Shown piece by piece: positions 1-13,400 of a DNA stretch of 64,000 bases. Made by a program: the position numbers and the translations under genes. Under the pieces are notes generated by a model, which was not told the DNA's origin, did not search any database, and was given only the letters and a program-made list of their open reading frames with translations. Position 1 is the stretch's first letter, and the number at the start of each line of letters is the position of its first letter. The stretch comes from Glycera tridactyla (Eukaryota). Where the stretch lies: NCBI GenBank assembly GCA_965644265.1, contig OZ286472.1:44888001-44952000 (forward strand). The letters are read 5' to 3'.

Positions 1-3000
1 GATGTCTAACGCCCATATCCGGTTGCAAGGGCAGCACATCGAATTAATTCAAAACAAAAATGAAATGAAACTAAAATCTATCACCAGTGTCCTGAAAACT
101 AATTATCTTGAGATTACTGTAGGTTTTGTTAAAGATTCAAGAATGAGAATTGCGTCACAACCTGGAATAGAGACTTTCACCAATATAGATCTTGATAGAC
201 GTGCCATATTTAGATATCGATTGGATTCGAACATCCGAGGAGCTATCATAATGTGGGTGTCGTGGATGTGGACCGGGCCAGGAGATGTACTTTGTAGCGC
301 TAACATTAGTTCAGCAGGGCCCGCTTGATATATTCAATAACCTCAGGTCGGTATCAGGGATCACTGAGTAGTGTGAGATGTAAAGAATAGTCATTCAGGA
401 GCACAGGAACCTCGAAAGTGGGAAAATTACTCTGGAGATCAGACCCTCGAAACAAACCTTGAATTCTGTGTAGCCATATCTCATATATGGATGCAGTTAT
501 GTCAGATTAGCTACATCAATTCTATTGTCGGCAGCTGCAGCCGTTTTCAGATTTTTAGTGATGCAGAAACACAGAATGTGGTAGATGCATAAGTGACGTT
601 TGAGTAGAAAGAATAGGAATGAGCAATAACATTAGATATATCACAAGGTTCCATCAAGGCATTTGAATGATTAGTATAGGGTTTATGTCTTTTGGCAATT
701 TGGGATTCGCCGAAGTTATTTCATTCAAGCACAGCTGTATTGAAATATATGATACATTCAGCAGGGAAAATGGGATCCATTCTGAATCTCCCCATTATCT
801 ACACCATCTCATTGAAATAGAGAACCAAACTCATCTTGGTAATTTACCCAGGCATGAGATTATTATGGTTTCCAAATGATATATGTACAAGCGATCAACC
901 AATTCTTGATATCCCAATACAAGCATGGGTCAGGTAATCGCCAGTTACCATATTATATGCCTAAACATGATAGCTCCCCAGGATGCACAGAGATATCCAA
1001 CCCAGAGAAATCAATCTAATGTGAAGAAGGAAATGTGTACAGTGTCATGTTGAGATGGTGAATATTCAGACTGGACAGGTCTTGCCTTGCGTCATTGCAT
1101 CACTTGACGTCCCTTTGTGATAACTCCCTCCACCTGAAAACATTTCCATCAAGATGAAAACACTTTCAGTTTTCATTCAGCTACAGTAGAATATGCACGA
1201 TGTGAGGAAACCCACACTTACAAAGTCCTGATTCATCAATGTCCAAATGTTTACCATAATTATCCAACATATCAGATACTGGAATTGAGGCTGTCATACT
1301 GAATACTGGAATCGCGACCGACTGCTATACAACTTATTCCTAAATTTTAACTACCATCGAAACCATGATGATGTGCAGTGGAATTGACATGGTGCAATGG
1401 TATTGCCACAGTGTAGACAGGCGTGCATACCAAAAAATAGATTGAATGAGGACGGACAGTCTAGAATGAGAGAGTATTATCTTGATTTGATAATATATCA
1501 ACACATTTTCCATTGACACATTTTTAAATGGACTTGACACCCCGAGGACAAATCCTTGATAGATGCTAACTATATGGAAACAGAGTTCCTGAAATCAGGC
1601 CTGTTCTAAATTTTTCAATAATGATGCGTGGTGAAAATTGGAATCACGCCTAGGGAAACTATTCTATTCATTTATTACATATACTATGGGAAGGAGATAA
1701 CAAATCTATAGAATATTTACGTAGAATTCGTGCAAGTTGTCAATCGACGCTAGCTCACTATGTTATTTTTGCAATCATCAGAACAAAAAAGGTCAACGAT
1801 AAGGAATAACACGGTTGAGTACATCAAAAAAGCACAAAAATTATATGTCTCCCAAATCGCAGTATATTATATATCTCTTGAAAACTGCATCTTGGTTGGC
1901 TTCGATAATCACCCTGAGAAATGAAATACCTGAAGTTTTATCCATAACCAATCAAAGTGAAGATCGGATTGCCCATTTCATGTCCAGAATGTCAGATTTG
2001 ATAGTATAACCAAATCAATCATGTATTCTTGTAGAAATGAGATGATTATTCTGATTTCATTGACATGTTTACAAGATAGAATGTGCTAGCTACCCATACG
2101 CTTCCTGCTCCGAAATTGGGTAAGGATTTTCTGTGGATCATTGAAATAGCCATACTGTAGTATTGAACTCATTTCTATATTGATCAATCGAGAATCGTAA
2201 ATGACTTTGATGCTCTCTCATTCTATAATTTCCTTGACTCATACCCACGCCTATTATCAACATACCCATGTATATCGAACTTTGTAATGGAGCTACAATA
2301 ATATTGACACTGTTTGAATCACAGTCAGCCACAAAAGAAAGCCTGAGACTATTGTAGTGTTGCAGTACAATTGACTGAATGTTATGGATTAGTATCATGA
2401 GTTGGTAAGAAAGCACAAAAGAGTAAGAGATCAGCATTAGAAAGTACCTATAGACACATGGACGATCCATAAGCAATTTTATTGTATGTAACCAGCTCCT
2501 TCTAAATTGAACTCTGGTATGTTCGAAATGATGGTCAAAATGTGTCATGTCATCGAAAGAATAAAAAGTTTTCTCAATATGTACAGGGAAATTCCTAAGT
2601 AGAGAAAGGAATGAGACAAATGCCCCACTCTACCTCAAACTAATGGGACAACTCTGAACTTGATGACGCCATTTCTCTCTTATCAGGCGAAACTGCGTGA
2701 TGCTTCATTCTATAGTCTGCATACCTCAGATTCAGGTTTTCTACAGTGAAAAGATTATAGCGTGAGTGACAGTTCTTTTGGAGTAAACTTGTAATTAGCT
2801 AGACGTGAATGAGATTCTCGCATTATTGGACCTCCAATCAAAGCAATTACTTCCAGACAAATGGGACATATGAGGATTTGATGAGAGATTCTCCCTAAAT
2901 CTCACTCTAGGAATACCTCTGTATTTGTGACATGTGGAGTGTTGAGACTTTCTCAATTGGTATGAGAATCTATAGCTTCTGTGGATTTCCGTTAGGAAGC

Positions 3001-4311
3001 CAATCTCGATGGGTCACTGGGCAAGAAAACACATCATCACAGATGCATATGTCACTGAAATAACTCATCCTATAACTTTTGGAATCAGTCACAGTACAAT
3101 TTGAATCATCGAAGTCCAAATATCACATATCATGCTCGATAATATCTGCATATTATACAAGAATGCAAATTGAATGTTTAGAGAGCTCCCTATACGTCAT
3201 TGATCTGAGTGATAATGGCCATCTAATAGGTACAATTATTGAATATGGAGTCCTATAAGCAAGCTGGATAATGTTTATAATTCAGATAACACTGGCCGGT
3301 TTACCTCTGATTTTGAAGGTGTATCCGGGATAAGCAGTTGATCATTCAATCATTCCACATCCAAACGAATAGCAACGAGTTTATGTAACTTCACCTCACT
3401 ATTCGAAAACTGGAATTCTACTGCAGAGCCCCTGTTAATCTATCCATATGCCAGAATTCAGTGGTTCGGCTCAATTCAATATTCAACTCATGAAACATCT
3501 TGAATTACTTTCGGACTGCGATGATTGCCATAACCATGAACAACATTTCAGTATCTAAGACATCAACCACTAGATCGGTTCCGTAGTGGAATTTCCCTGC
3601 AATATATATGGTTGACTTCTCCGTCTGACTGTACCCTTTTCTGATGATTACAGTCTCTTGCTGGGCGAGGGAAGTCATTGACATAGCTGTATTTCCACTT
3701 AAAGTGGCTGCACGTCATGACACAGATACTGCAACAATAGGACGGGGATACCATGTTTTATCACCATGGATTTGACAAAGGTTACCCCACATTGCCTTCA
3801 TGCTGCCAATGCATCAGGATCATGATACCTGCCAATGATATATTGTGTAGAGTTACCCGGGGTGACATAATCATTCAGAGCTACATTTCAACATTACACC
3901 ATTTCATCTGAATGAATCATGGGAATCACCTCATGGTGGCACAATCTTCACTATTACTATTTCAGCAACAATTATCATGTTCAAGGCCATTAGTAGATCC
4001 ACTCTCCTGTATTCCAACCAAAACGAAGAAATACATTCCTCGGGAAATCAGTTGTCTACCGAAATCTGGAGTGTCAGGTTTTCTATTCCTATTCCTGACA
4101 ACCAGAGGTACTAAAAAGGGATAATGGCCATGAGGGACTCTTCCACCTGTTATATTACAATGAAGTATTTTATGGATAGGAATATAGCATGAAGTCGGAA
4201 CTGTTATTGTAAGCTTCTCATTGTTGCCATGTCTTTGATTTTCCAGGATCCTTAATGGAATGGACACAGACGATTACAGCCCCTAGCTTGTGTTCCTGTG
4301 ATGATACTGAC

Positions 4312-4460
4312 CTTTATATGACCTTGTGACATGGCCACAGGGATGGGAATGGAGATACCCGTGTTAGGATCCACATAAGTTCCTTCGGTGCTATTGATGA
4401 TGCCCAACATCACAGCCTGTTGCATTGATACCTCCTCACCATTTCGAGGGTCAACCACAC
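4312..4460 (-). CDS. Plakin exon 17 (plectin repeat: [50 protein letters not shown])
   Basis: ttacttatag acceptor, AAG|gtcagt donor, phase 1 to 0, classic plectin-repeat motif. Confidence 0.93.
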
Positions 4461-7400
4461 CTATAAGTAACAGAAAGCCATATAATCTGAAATTAATCTC
4501 GAGTCTCATTGGGGGAAGTAATTAGTAGGCTCCCCATGAAATTTTGTATACACAGCCGGCGATGTTGGTAGGAAAGGTCAAGCTAGAACAGGAAATTGTC
4601 CATTAACCCCTCACACACGAGGGCTCTGGGGCCTGTTTTACTGAATAGCTAGTCCTCCTAGATTAGGGGGAGTAGATAGTCTCCCTAAAATTTAGGAGGT
4701 GGTCTCAACTCCCCCTAATTCCACTCCCCCTAAATCGCCATTTGGCTGGTTTAGGGAGACTATTAGGGGGACTATTTAGGGGGACTAATTTTTAGTAAAA
4801 CGCAACTCACCGGCAATCTCCCTAACGTGAATTTAGGTAGACTAAGTCTCCTTAAACACACAATTAGGGGGACTATTCGGGTTTAGTAAAACAGGCCCCT
4901 GGTCCAAGTAACTATTATCCACTTTCGAGAAGGTAGTTCTAGAAAGAATTTGCGATATCTGATCAGACTCACGGTCAGCGAATTTAATTTTCATGCCACA
5001 CATTTTTGCCTCTGGAACTTTTGTGATCTAAACTCTGTCAGACACTGTATCCACTCATGTGAAAAAGGAACTACCGTATAGACATGTTATGTTATGTAAT
5101 CTTTATTTTAATTCGTCGTAACAACAAGGTCACTCAATGACTACGCGTTTCCGGTGTAGACGATAGGCACTGCGCTTCTTTGTTCTTTAATATTTTTGGT
5201 CACTTAGTGAAAAATTGATCTCCACATAGCAAATCATGTTTTTGTATAGGCATTAGCAGGGACGATAGACAGGTGCATTATGCATGAAAAAGAACCGATA
5301 TTTGAGCTTCAGGTGGGATCGATTCTGGTCCCAAAATAGAAATATCATCACCCAAATACATTTCTGAACCTATCTGCTCGAACTATGAGGATGATGAACA
5401 AAAATCTATCATGAATATGACATGGAGGATGATTCCAACTTCCCCCTCGAAAGATTAAAAATTCTCCGAACTATGTTCTCAAACTAAGGTGTTAGATGTT
5501 GGTTTTGGCGCAGTGATAGTGAATCATCAGGCACTATATTTGTGAGCTCAGATAAGGAGCAGCAAGAAACTTGTAAAATCCAATGAATGATCTGAGGATC
5601 ACACACCAAGTGGAACCTTACCCTTTCACAGATACATATTTCTGATGAAATGCTTGAAATATATACAGAGATTCACCGAGATGAGTATCAGCATGATTTA
5701 CCTGTGATGACGAAGGTTTTCTTCTCTTCCTGTTCACACGATGTGAACTGGTCTGTTTGGGCTGTTTCGTAGTTACGCTCCAAAGTGGAACTGGCATTTG
5801 CTTGAGATGAGCCATTAGCCATCGCACCGAGACTACCAACAGACTCACACTCAATCATCTCCTCACTCTGTATCTGTGATGAAACGACAACATGAAGTAA
5901 TACGGAAATACTGAAGCCTTCAATTGTAAAAGGTCACACCTATGAGATGTCACTATCAGGTGGTTGATTTAGTATGATAAAAGCGATAATGGTCCGGATC
6001 TGGACTGAATGACAAATAGATGAAGCTTTAATTGCACAGGGTACATATATCCATGATCAATTGATAGTTGGGGCTAATGGAGTGGCTGCGTCGCGAATAT
6101 CACTAGCCTTGTGCCCTTGGCATCGAGGTACACACACCCAGCAATCTCAAATATATAACTCACTAAATGTTGTTCAAATGGTGGATATGATGCATTAAAA
6201 ATACAATGCAAAACACAGAAGTGATCGTAACAGATATAATGATAATAAACAAATTGGAAATAGAACAAGAAATGCATGATAATGAAACAGCCATCGAACT
6301 AGTGATGCTAGACAAATCCTACATACCCAGTAGCATTTATTTCAGTCAATAAAAATATTTCATGGTCGAATAATACCAATTCCCCAATGACCGTTAGTCA
6401 TATTCAAAATTCATTTCCGAAATGAGCGAATACGGATTAACTTACTCCTTCACTATAGCTGCGTTCTCCATAACCACTGGAGGAAGAATTTCCATTCATG
6501 CCATATCCGTTCATTCCACCATCAACCACAGAGCTTCCCAGCATACTACTGCCCGACGCACTGAAATTCGAGAAAAGTACATTAGGACAACATATCAGCA
6601 TAGGGCGTCAAAACTTTCATCCCATCTGCCAGTTGACTAAAGAAAATATATTACCAAACCTATGAGCCACGTAGTGCGGTTTCATCACATGAGTTCAGGT
6701 GCTGTCGCTCTTCGACATGCACTCTAAATTCTAATGATGCTCTACTTTGATTCAGAAATTTTCTTTATTCACGCTATGCAATCTACAAATGACAGAAACT
6801 CTAATCATTGTGACTGACCTGATGCGTTCACTTGAACCGAATCCCATGGTACCTTGTGTCTCCCACTGCATTCGCATCTTCTTCAGCCAGCTTTCGAAAT
6901 CGGCGCAATCGCCATCATTGAAGAAGAGACCCTGCTGCCACATCCTGAAAACGAACAAGATGCATTCTTGTTTGAACTGTCTCAACAATGCAATGAATGT
7001 GATCGTGTTCGAAGTCTCTGTGATTCTCAATATCGCCAATATGCCGACATATCAGATACAATGCCTGAGCTGCAGGGTCATTTCCTAATTGAGATCGTCC
7101 ATATGGTCTTGTTATGCAAGTGCGATTTATCTAGAATTGCACACAACTTCCGAGTTCTTCATCGGGATCATTCTAGCATATTTTACTGCATTCCCTCCGC
7201 TATGACACCCACATAGAGTGTTAGCAGGCTCGAAACAGAAACAGAAACAGAAATATGGAAACCTGCATCACCTAATCTGACTGATGGGGTAAAGTCAGCC
7301 GAACGCTGATTTAGAAGAATACATGTGACAGGAACCTTCATATCGCATCACATGGCATCTTCTCCTATTCATTAGACATGGAAATCCTCCAATATTGTCA

Positions 7401-10400
7401 CTTATATTCTTCTGGATTGGTTTGAGTACGTGGTATACTCAATCTCTCATCGGTCATCCTACATTTTGCATTGTCCAGTAATTCCACCAGTCAAACAGGC
7501 TATCGAGAAAGGTTTCAACTCGCAAGCTAAGTGTTTGATGGTGCCTATAACCTCTGGACATGTTGGTACAAATTTCACCAATCCAAACCCAATGTTGCTG
7601 CAGATAGGTACTTGATACTCAACTGGTGTTGAGAGGGACAGAAAACACTTGTGGAGTTATATGATTGGCAGCAGACTCATCCCTCCCCATTTCCTCTGTA
7701 GTTACTTCCGGAACCTCAGGATCCTAATCGCCGACAGGTCAATCAATAATCAAACTAGTGATCTGATGGTCATCCATGGTATGATATGTATGTGAATGTG
7801 TTCTAATCTTTCTGAGGCTTCTTAAACTTTAGTTTTGCGTTTGGTGCTTGAGATATTAGTTGCATGATATGCGTTCAGACATGCCTTATTCGATGCCCCT
7901 GTGTCATATACTATCATTCAAAGACGACGACCCCATAACCCCTTATTTGCAAAAGCAGAGACTTCACACCTAAATATTGTCAACCCTAATGCAATGAAAT
8001 GAATCTGACCATACGATATAACTCGGGACCAACCTACTCAGGTGTTTTTGCAATAGTAAAGCCTGACTCTCTCACCTTCTTAGTTCTTCTATTGTGAGGT
8101 ATTGCAGTTGATCGAGGTTCTGATTGATCAGCATGTAGTCCGGATGTTTTGATGATTCCATAATGATCCGGTAGGTGTCCCACTGACGCCAAAGATCATT
8201 GAATCGACCTAGAACCTCCTCACTGGTCTCTAGTTTGTTAACAAACAGGCCGGTTTGCTCCTCGTCTGTAAGACAATAAAGTAAAATCAATCACCCTATG
8301 GCGATTATTACAGTGGAGTTGCTTTACATAATGATAGCTACATGTGAGACATGTGAGATAATCATGAGACAGCATCCGTATAGGTTGTTGTATGATCAAT
8401 GGGTGGTGGCTTTTCAACTCTGAAATGTGACATGGCCAATCACAGATAATGTGTAGCCCAGTCGTTTGACAGTTGTTTGCATTCAAGGCCGACCAAATCC
8501 CCCATGAATGGTATCTCTTTCATCATACCTGGACATAAGGCTTAAAATGGGTTGTGGTATCTGAATGCCATATATACCAGATGTCGTCCGAGTTATGAAG
8601 TTCATTGGAGCAGTATAGACACTGGAAAAACGTGAAGCTATATTTATTGCAGGTAAAGGATGTATCGAGATTTGATTGTTAGAAATGACCCTCTTTTGAC
8701 CTCCATCAAGGAGGGAAATAACATTCTGCCATCCTACGTTCATATCGCTTTCGACAATTCATCGTCCACTGGTCCACATACAATCATTAGCTCATGGATG
8801 GTCCAGAAATCTCACCTTGGTCTGAAAGATTTCCTTTCTGGTCCAACAATTGCTTGATTGAATCCACCCGCGTTTGTAGCTCACTAAATCCAGCAAAACC
8901 TTGCCAGTTTGTTCCAAGCTTGTTCATCATATCATCAAGGGACTTGCGGACAGCATTTTTCTGTGCATCTGGCATCGCTCGTAGAAGTTTTTTCTGAAAG
9001 GAAATTCGAAAAAATCATGAGTTGGTCATCATTGCCTCTATCGGATGCATGCATGTTTACTTGATGAACTAGAAATACTGCGATCGACTTGTGATTGAAC
9101 CTTTTAAGCTTGGAACCAACTTTCATGGCGTCAATACGGAGTCTATACACTCGCCGATACCCTGTTATATGCTGCGATTGCGAAATTCTTATTCTTTTAC
9201 ACGGTGCAAAAGTGATGAATATTTCAGTGAACAATTCTGGTCGGACATTCTTTCTGATATAGACGAATATTTTCTAACAAATTCGAGACTAGCCCTTTTG
9301 ATGACCGATTTCAAGACCACAGATTTGTTCAGAATTTTAAGAGATACACGAGCTTACTCACATCATTTTGCATTTGACCATCAACAGTTTGATTTTATTC
9401 AGTCAGATATCTACAATCTCTCCAATTAAGATTGATTTGAACACCATTCGATTGATCGATTCAGATGGTATATACTTACCTCATCATCTGTGAAATCACG
9501 CAGTACCATGATGAGGAAGATGATCAGAGACTTGCCAACCCGCTTCACATTGAGGGTCCAAATGGTCAACAACTGGAACCGTAACCTGGATGAGAGAAAA
9601 TTTCCCACAATTTCAAGAGATACAATTATAGCAAAATTTACTTTGTGATATATAGCAGTGGTCCAGCAAGCAGGTGATACTCAGATAGCGCTTAATTCAT
9701 GATCTCATAATGATCGATTATGTATTATGTACATTATGTGTTGATTAGCGTAATCTACCCATAACGAAAGCGGTCTACTCATCAACCGATACCTCCAATG
9801 CCGATTGATATCATTTGTGCATGATGTATCTCTCTGTGCATGATGTATCTCCAGATCAGTTATCACAATGACCACAGGTATCTGAATGAAAACGGGTTTC
9901 AGACTTACGTGAGTGCTGCTTGTACAGCATCGGGATCTGGTCCAGGAATGAGTAGGATAACAGAAGGTACGTCAGCCTCAACGGCGTTCAGTGTGCGAAC
10001 CTAAAATATGAGAATAAAAATACAAACTATGTACTGCCATCGGCTGCCAAATGGGTGCAAATATGATGGATATGATTTTGGGTCTCCTTCGCTGTCTGTT
10101 TCTGCCTAGCCGCTGACTTGTATTATGGTATTTATAGCTTTGCAAATAATCAAAACGAATGGTCGGAACTAACTTCAATGAGAAAGTTAGAAAGTGTCCA
10201 AGAATATCAGTGATGGGATGACATCAGGTTGGCAATTTAGGCTGATCTGATGCCAACTTTGCACCATTGCCTTCCGGAAATTATGTTCCACTTTCACTTC
10301 GTTGAAGATACACGGAGGACCAGTTGAAAGGTAGCCAAGACTCAATCATTCAACTGATGTATCCATGGGCGGGGAAATGGGATATATCAAATATACTTCG

Positions 10401-13400
10401 ACAAGAACGTCATATATCGGTTTAGTTGATACTAATGGTTTATAGGGTGCAGTTTGGTTTTCAATCTGCTTGCCAATGGACCTGGCTGTCATTATTATTA
10501 TTATCATCATGATTATCATCATGGTAATACTGATAACCAATATGAGGATCATCACACATTTTCAGCAATAGTATAGTTCAAGACCACTATGTCCCTGTCG
10601 AAGGACTTCTATTTTGATATCGATAGCTGAATTCGTGTGCAATCCCTATAACTTTGTGTATGGTATTCTCCATCCTTTGAAATAGTAACAAATGTACTTT
10701 TCGTAACTCAGATAACATGGTAGACAAAGAAATGAGACACCAGCAGGTGTGTATGCATGCGGGTGTTTGTGCGTGAGTGTGACTGAAGCAATGATATAAT
10801 AGCCTTACCTTCCAGCTTTGTGTTTCAGAGTTGTCGGTCAACAACAGCTCCTCGCCTTCACGAATATTTATCTGGAACATGACATTTGTCAATGATGAAC
10901 TCTTGGTGCCATTTCAAATTATCTTGAACATATGCAACTTCCAGCAAAACTATCTATTGTAGGAAAGCAATGAAATATACCATTCATGATTCACCAATTC
11001 CCATAAATCCATCAATTGGTCATGGGAAGACATATTTCCCTGACATTGCAATCATGACCTTTTTACGGATAATTCCAATTTCTGATTCATATATCTACTC
11101 CATCTCCCAGAGTACCATCCTCGGTGGGTTGAGGGTACTCATCGCCTTTGATACTCGGTCAGTCATGTGAATCTTTTCAAACCGGAAGGGACCATGGTGC
11201 AAACCAAGTAAGACCAACCTTGACAATACATGCTGCTGAAATGAACGGGATTGAATAGATGGTCACTCTGCTGTCTGTAAGCCGTCCACACAATTGTCCC
11301 TTTTTATGCCCTCCAACCGAAGGTAGGGAGGCNNNNNNNNNNNNNNNNNNNNNNNNNNNNNNNNNNNNNNNNNNNNNNNNNNNNNNNNNNNNNNNNNNNN
11401 NNNNNNNNNNNNNNNNNNNNNNNNNNNNNNNNNNNNNNNNNNNNNNNNNNNNNNNNNNNNNNNNNNNNNNNNGTAAACACTTTTTTCGGAACCCACTGTG
11501 TCCACTGTGTCAATGCTACACTGCCCATTTTCGGTATGTGCACTACCAATGAGGGGTAGGTGTGCATAGGCATATCTGTTTGACCCTGTGACTTATGATT
11601 TTCTGTCGTTTGATGGTTTTTCCATGCAGTTTTTTGACGTATTTTGAGACAGCTCAACCCTACCTGGCTCACTTGCTCTCTCCCACTGTCTATTGTGTTT
11701 GACTGAAATGAACCATGAATGAACGCACACTTCTCCCGGCTTTGACCTCATTCTTATGTAAGACTCTCGGTAACTGACGCGGGGTTTGGTGTTCTTCCCT
11801 GCATTATGTAATGCCTGGTTGATTTCGTCATGGAGCAATAGCTCACTTCTACTTCAATAACTAGCTGTNNNNNNNNNNNNNNNNNNNNNNNNNNNNNNNN
11901 NNNNNNNNNNNNNNNNNNNNNNNNNNNNNNNNNNNNNNNNNNNNNNNNNNNNNNNNNNNNNNNNNNNNNNNNNNNNNNNNNNNNNNNNNNNNNNNNNNNN
12001 NNNNNNGCACTCCACATTGCTAACTGTTGGTACACTATGGCTACAGTACCCAAATCTGAGACTGTCATATTGAATGGTAATTTGCGGTGCTCGTAAGTTC
12101 ACATTGGCTGGAGTGAGTGAGGGGGGGAATAGTCATTCTCTAAATTACAGTTCTAGTTGCATACTATCAATCAAAATATTGGTACATGCTACTTTTTGGG
12201 GTGATCAGAATTATCTACTAAGACTTACATCCTTTGTACGGTAATCACACAGAGATGAGACAGGGCGGAAATATTCACACTTGTGGGTACGCAGTGGTAC
12301 TGGAATGATTTTCTTACTCCTCTCAAACAACCGGTCAAGCTTGCCTTGCCAGTGGAGGAACATCACCAGCAATTCCTGAAATCAATCATATACATGAATG
12401 AGAAATCACCGACACCCAGGTAATGTCATGGACCAATGCTGAAAGGAAATCAACCCATGAGAGCCGATTCCGGTGTACTCAGAAACTATGTAAGCGTTGA
12501 CACCTGTTTCTTGTGAACAAAATCTTTTGGCATTTTCTGTGTAGAGACATTTCAAATTAAAGAGTGAGACGTACACACCTACGGATTGGAGCATGTATTT
12601 AACATATACCGCTGACAAATCGGACAGAAGTAGTCGTATCATTGCATCGATATCATATGTGATGATATATATATATTTGTGTACAGAGCTCTAAGTGTTC
12701 CCTTATAACGCCATCAAACATTCCATACTGCCATCGCCTTGTGGTATTGCGATCATATCGAGATTTATGTCCAATAAGAATTAATTCCATACCTTCATCA
12801 TTTGCAGCAATGAGAATGAAATTTGCCAGTTTTTTGTAAGTAATGGCTTCAGCAAAAGATCTTGATGTTGGAATAGTTGTTAGTTCGTCACTTCGTATAG
12901 TGACATGATCTTGAAAGATTGTGAACTATCATAATCGTACCAACCTTGACATCAAGAAGAAACTGCTTGGCTTCTTCGCTATCTCCGCAGCTTTCAGCAC
13001 TTAAGTTCACCTTATCTTGTGCTGCTCGTAGCTCGACTGGCATCCAGTCCTTGTATTCTTGGATCTCATGGAAAAACTAAAATCATGCCAGAGAATCTAA
13101 TGATTAGCGGATATATCGTATCACATGGTCGAGTGATCATGCTGATGAATGTATATGCAATCATATTTGAAAATTTAAAATTAAGCGTATCTCAACACAA
13201 TGATCTCCTTTGCCAAATAAAGAGCAGGTCAGTCATTTGCATTGTGCCAAAATATGAATTATATTGATGTCTTGATAATGCTAAAATGGTTGTTCTCGGA
13301 AACCTGAATATAATACAAATTTGCTACCTGCTGGCCCATAACTTGCCTCTCATAATCGTGGCAATAGGCATGCTAGCAAATCTCACGTAATACATCAATA

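Noticed and set aside
2-328. 108-aa plus-strand ORF at the window start; similarly 6854-7216 antisense to plakin exon 14
   Set aside because: No recognisable motif; consistent with chance or an antisense shadow
1104-1323. Candidate downstream plakin exons (VEGVITKGRQ at 1104-1133; QSVAIPV...ESGL at 1222-1323)
   Set aside because: Weak donor or acceptor and no convincing plectin-repeat similarity; the gene 3' end is left unresolved
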